Positions 63,287 through 64,000 of a stretch of 64,000 nt of DNA are shown here, one piece after another. Under the pieces are notes generated by a model. The model searched no databases, was not told the DNA's origin, and worked only from the letters and a program-made list of their open reading frames with translations. The position numbers and the translations under genes are program-made. This DNA comes from an uncultured virus (IMG/VR IMGVR_UViG_3300033406_000004). Taxonomy: Duplodnaviria > Heunggongvirae > Uroviricota > Caudoviricetes. The stretch is from IMG/VR virus record IMGVR_UViG_3300033406_000004. One strand, 5' to 3'. Each line of letters begins with the position of its first letter. The stretch's first letter is position 1.

Positions 63287-64000
63287 CGGCCTCAATATTA
63301 TCAAGATCAATGACACGAAGTTCTAAAGCCCGTACAACAAGTCGGGTAGCATTCACTCCCACCCTCTCACCTTCTGCAAAAAGCCGACCTACAAGATCGT
63401 TCTGTCGTTTCTCAAGGGATTTCACCCCAAACGGCATACCTTTGAGTGCTGCGATCATATCTTTGGTATATCCCAAAGCCAAATGACGCAGAAAGCGTTC
63501 GTCGTATTCATCGATGTCATAACCGATAACTGCCTCTTGTCTGCGCGCATCGTTGGCAACAGATTTCTTGAATCGGTCTACTATCTTCTCAAGAATTGGA
63601 TAATTAAAAACAAGTTTCTTTCCATCCATTACGGCTTGTACATCTGTTTTAGTAAGTAGCTCGCCTGTTTTCAAAATGATGCCATCGGCTCCTGCATCTA
63701 GTACATCTACCCAAAGTTTCTCGTTCAAGATTTCGCCTGTAAAAATGAGCACTCGCACACCCGGATATCGTTTACAGATGTTGCGACAGATGTCGACGCC
63801 TATCGTAGTAGAGCCACCCAAGCCAAGATCGAGCAATACCATATCGGGCTGCCGACTTTCAATAAGAGGCCAGAACTCTTTCTCTGTCATAGCCGTGCCA
63901 ATAACTTCTGCATTGGGTATTTCGTGGCGAAAGATTTCTTCGGTTCCTTTAAGTTCGAGTTTAACGTCTTCTACTATAATTACTTTAAACTGTTTTTCTT
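63276..64000 (-). CDS. Response regulator (host; 5' end runs off the window)
   Basis: KVIIVEDVKLELKG receiver start upstream of the called ORF; VLLDLGL, IFTG, ILK. Confidence 0.85.
   Translation of the reverse strand, partial: EKQFKVIIVEDVKLELKGTEEIFRHEIPNAEVIGTAMTEKEFWPLIESRQPDMVLLDLGLGGSTTIGVDICRNICKRYPGVRVLIFTGEILNEKLWVDVLDAGADGIILKTGELLTKTDVQAVMDGKKLVFNYPILEKIVDRFKKSVANDARRQEAVIGYDIDEYDERFLRHLALGYTKDMIAALKGMPFGVKSLEKRQNDLVGRLFAEGERVGVNATRLVVRALELRVIDLDNIEADEE

Overview
Almost the whole window (about 85-61709) is one complete ~61.6 kb temperate prophage of a Bacteroidales host. It is integrated in tRNA-Arg(TCT) with a 17-bp core repeat GACCCACGCCTTAGAAG at 111-127 and 61693-61709. Host genes (AbgT-family transporter, response regulator) lie at the right end. 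The prophage has a CI/Cro switch and an early recombination/replication operon (RecT, PD-(D/E)XK nuclease, SNF2 helicase, HNH, RusA, DUF4373 initiator, PcfK/PcfJ). Its podovirus-type structural set (HK97-fold capsid, scaffold, portal, TerL, tail nozzle, fibre, ejection proteins, a 2893-aa polyvalent protein) is split into several divergent operons, and it also has a lysis cassette and a tyrosine integrase. A ~13 kb AT-rich cargo island (about 21150-34300) carries a GmrSD-like gene, a STAS/HATPase triad, a DUF2971-like gene and IS scars. The most notable observations are: (1) a four-gene operon in the island encoding a RuBisCO-like protein with a rewired active site (KDDE->EDDE), a membrane protein, a GNAT-ASCH fusion and a stand-alone ASCH protein; (2) three tRNA-like RNAs without a canonical anticodon loop, each behind a similar leader hairpin, including a 'two-headed' RNA made of two tRNA elbows joined through the anticodon helix; (3) a major capsid protein with an N-terminal membrane segment in a phage encoding a rhomboid protease directly upstream of TerL; (4) a recurring promoter motif CARCAACY-N20-TAnnTTTG in front of the scattered structural operons. 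All family calls come from motif recognition by eye; no database searches were run.
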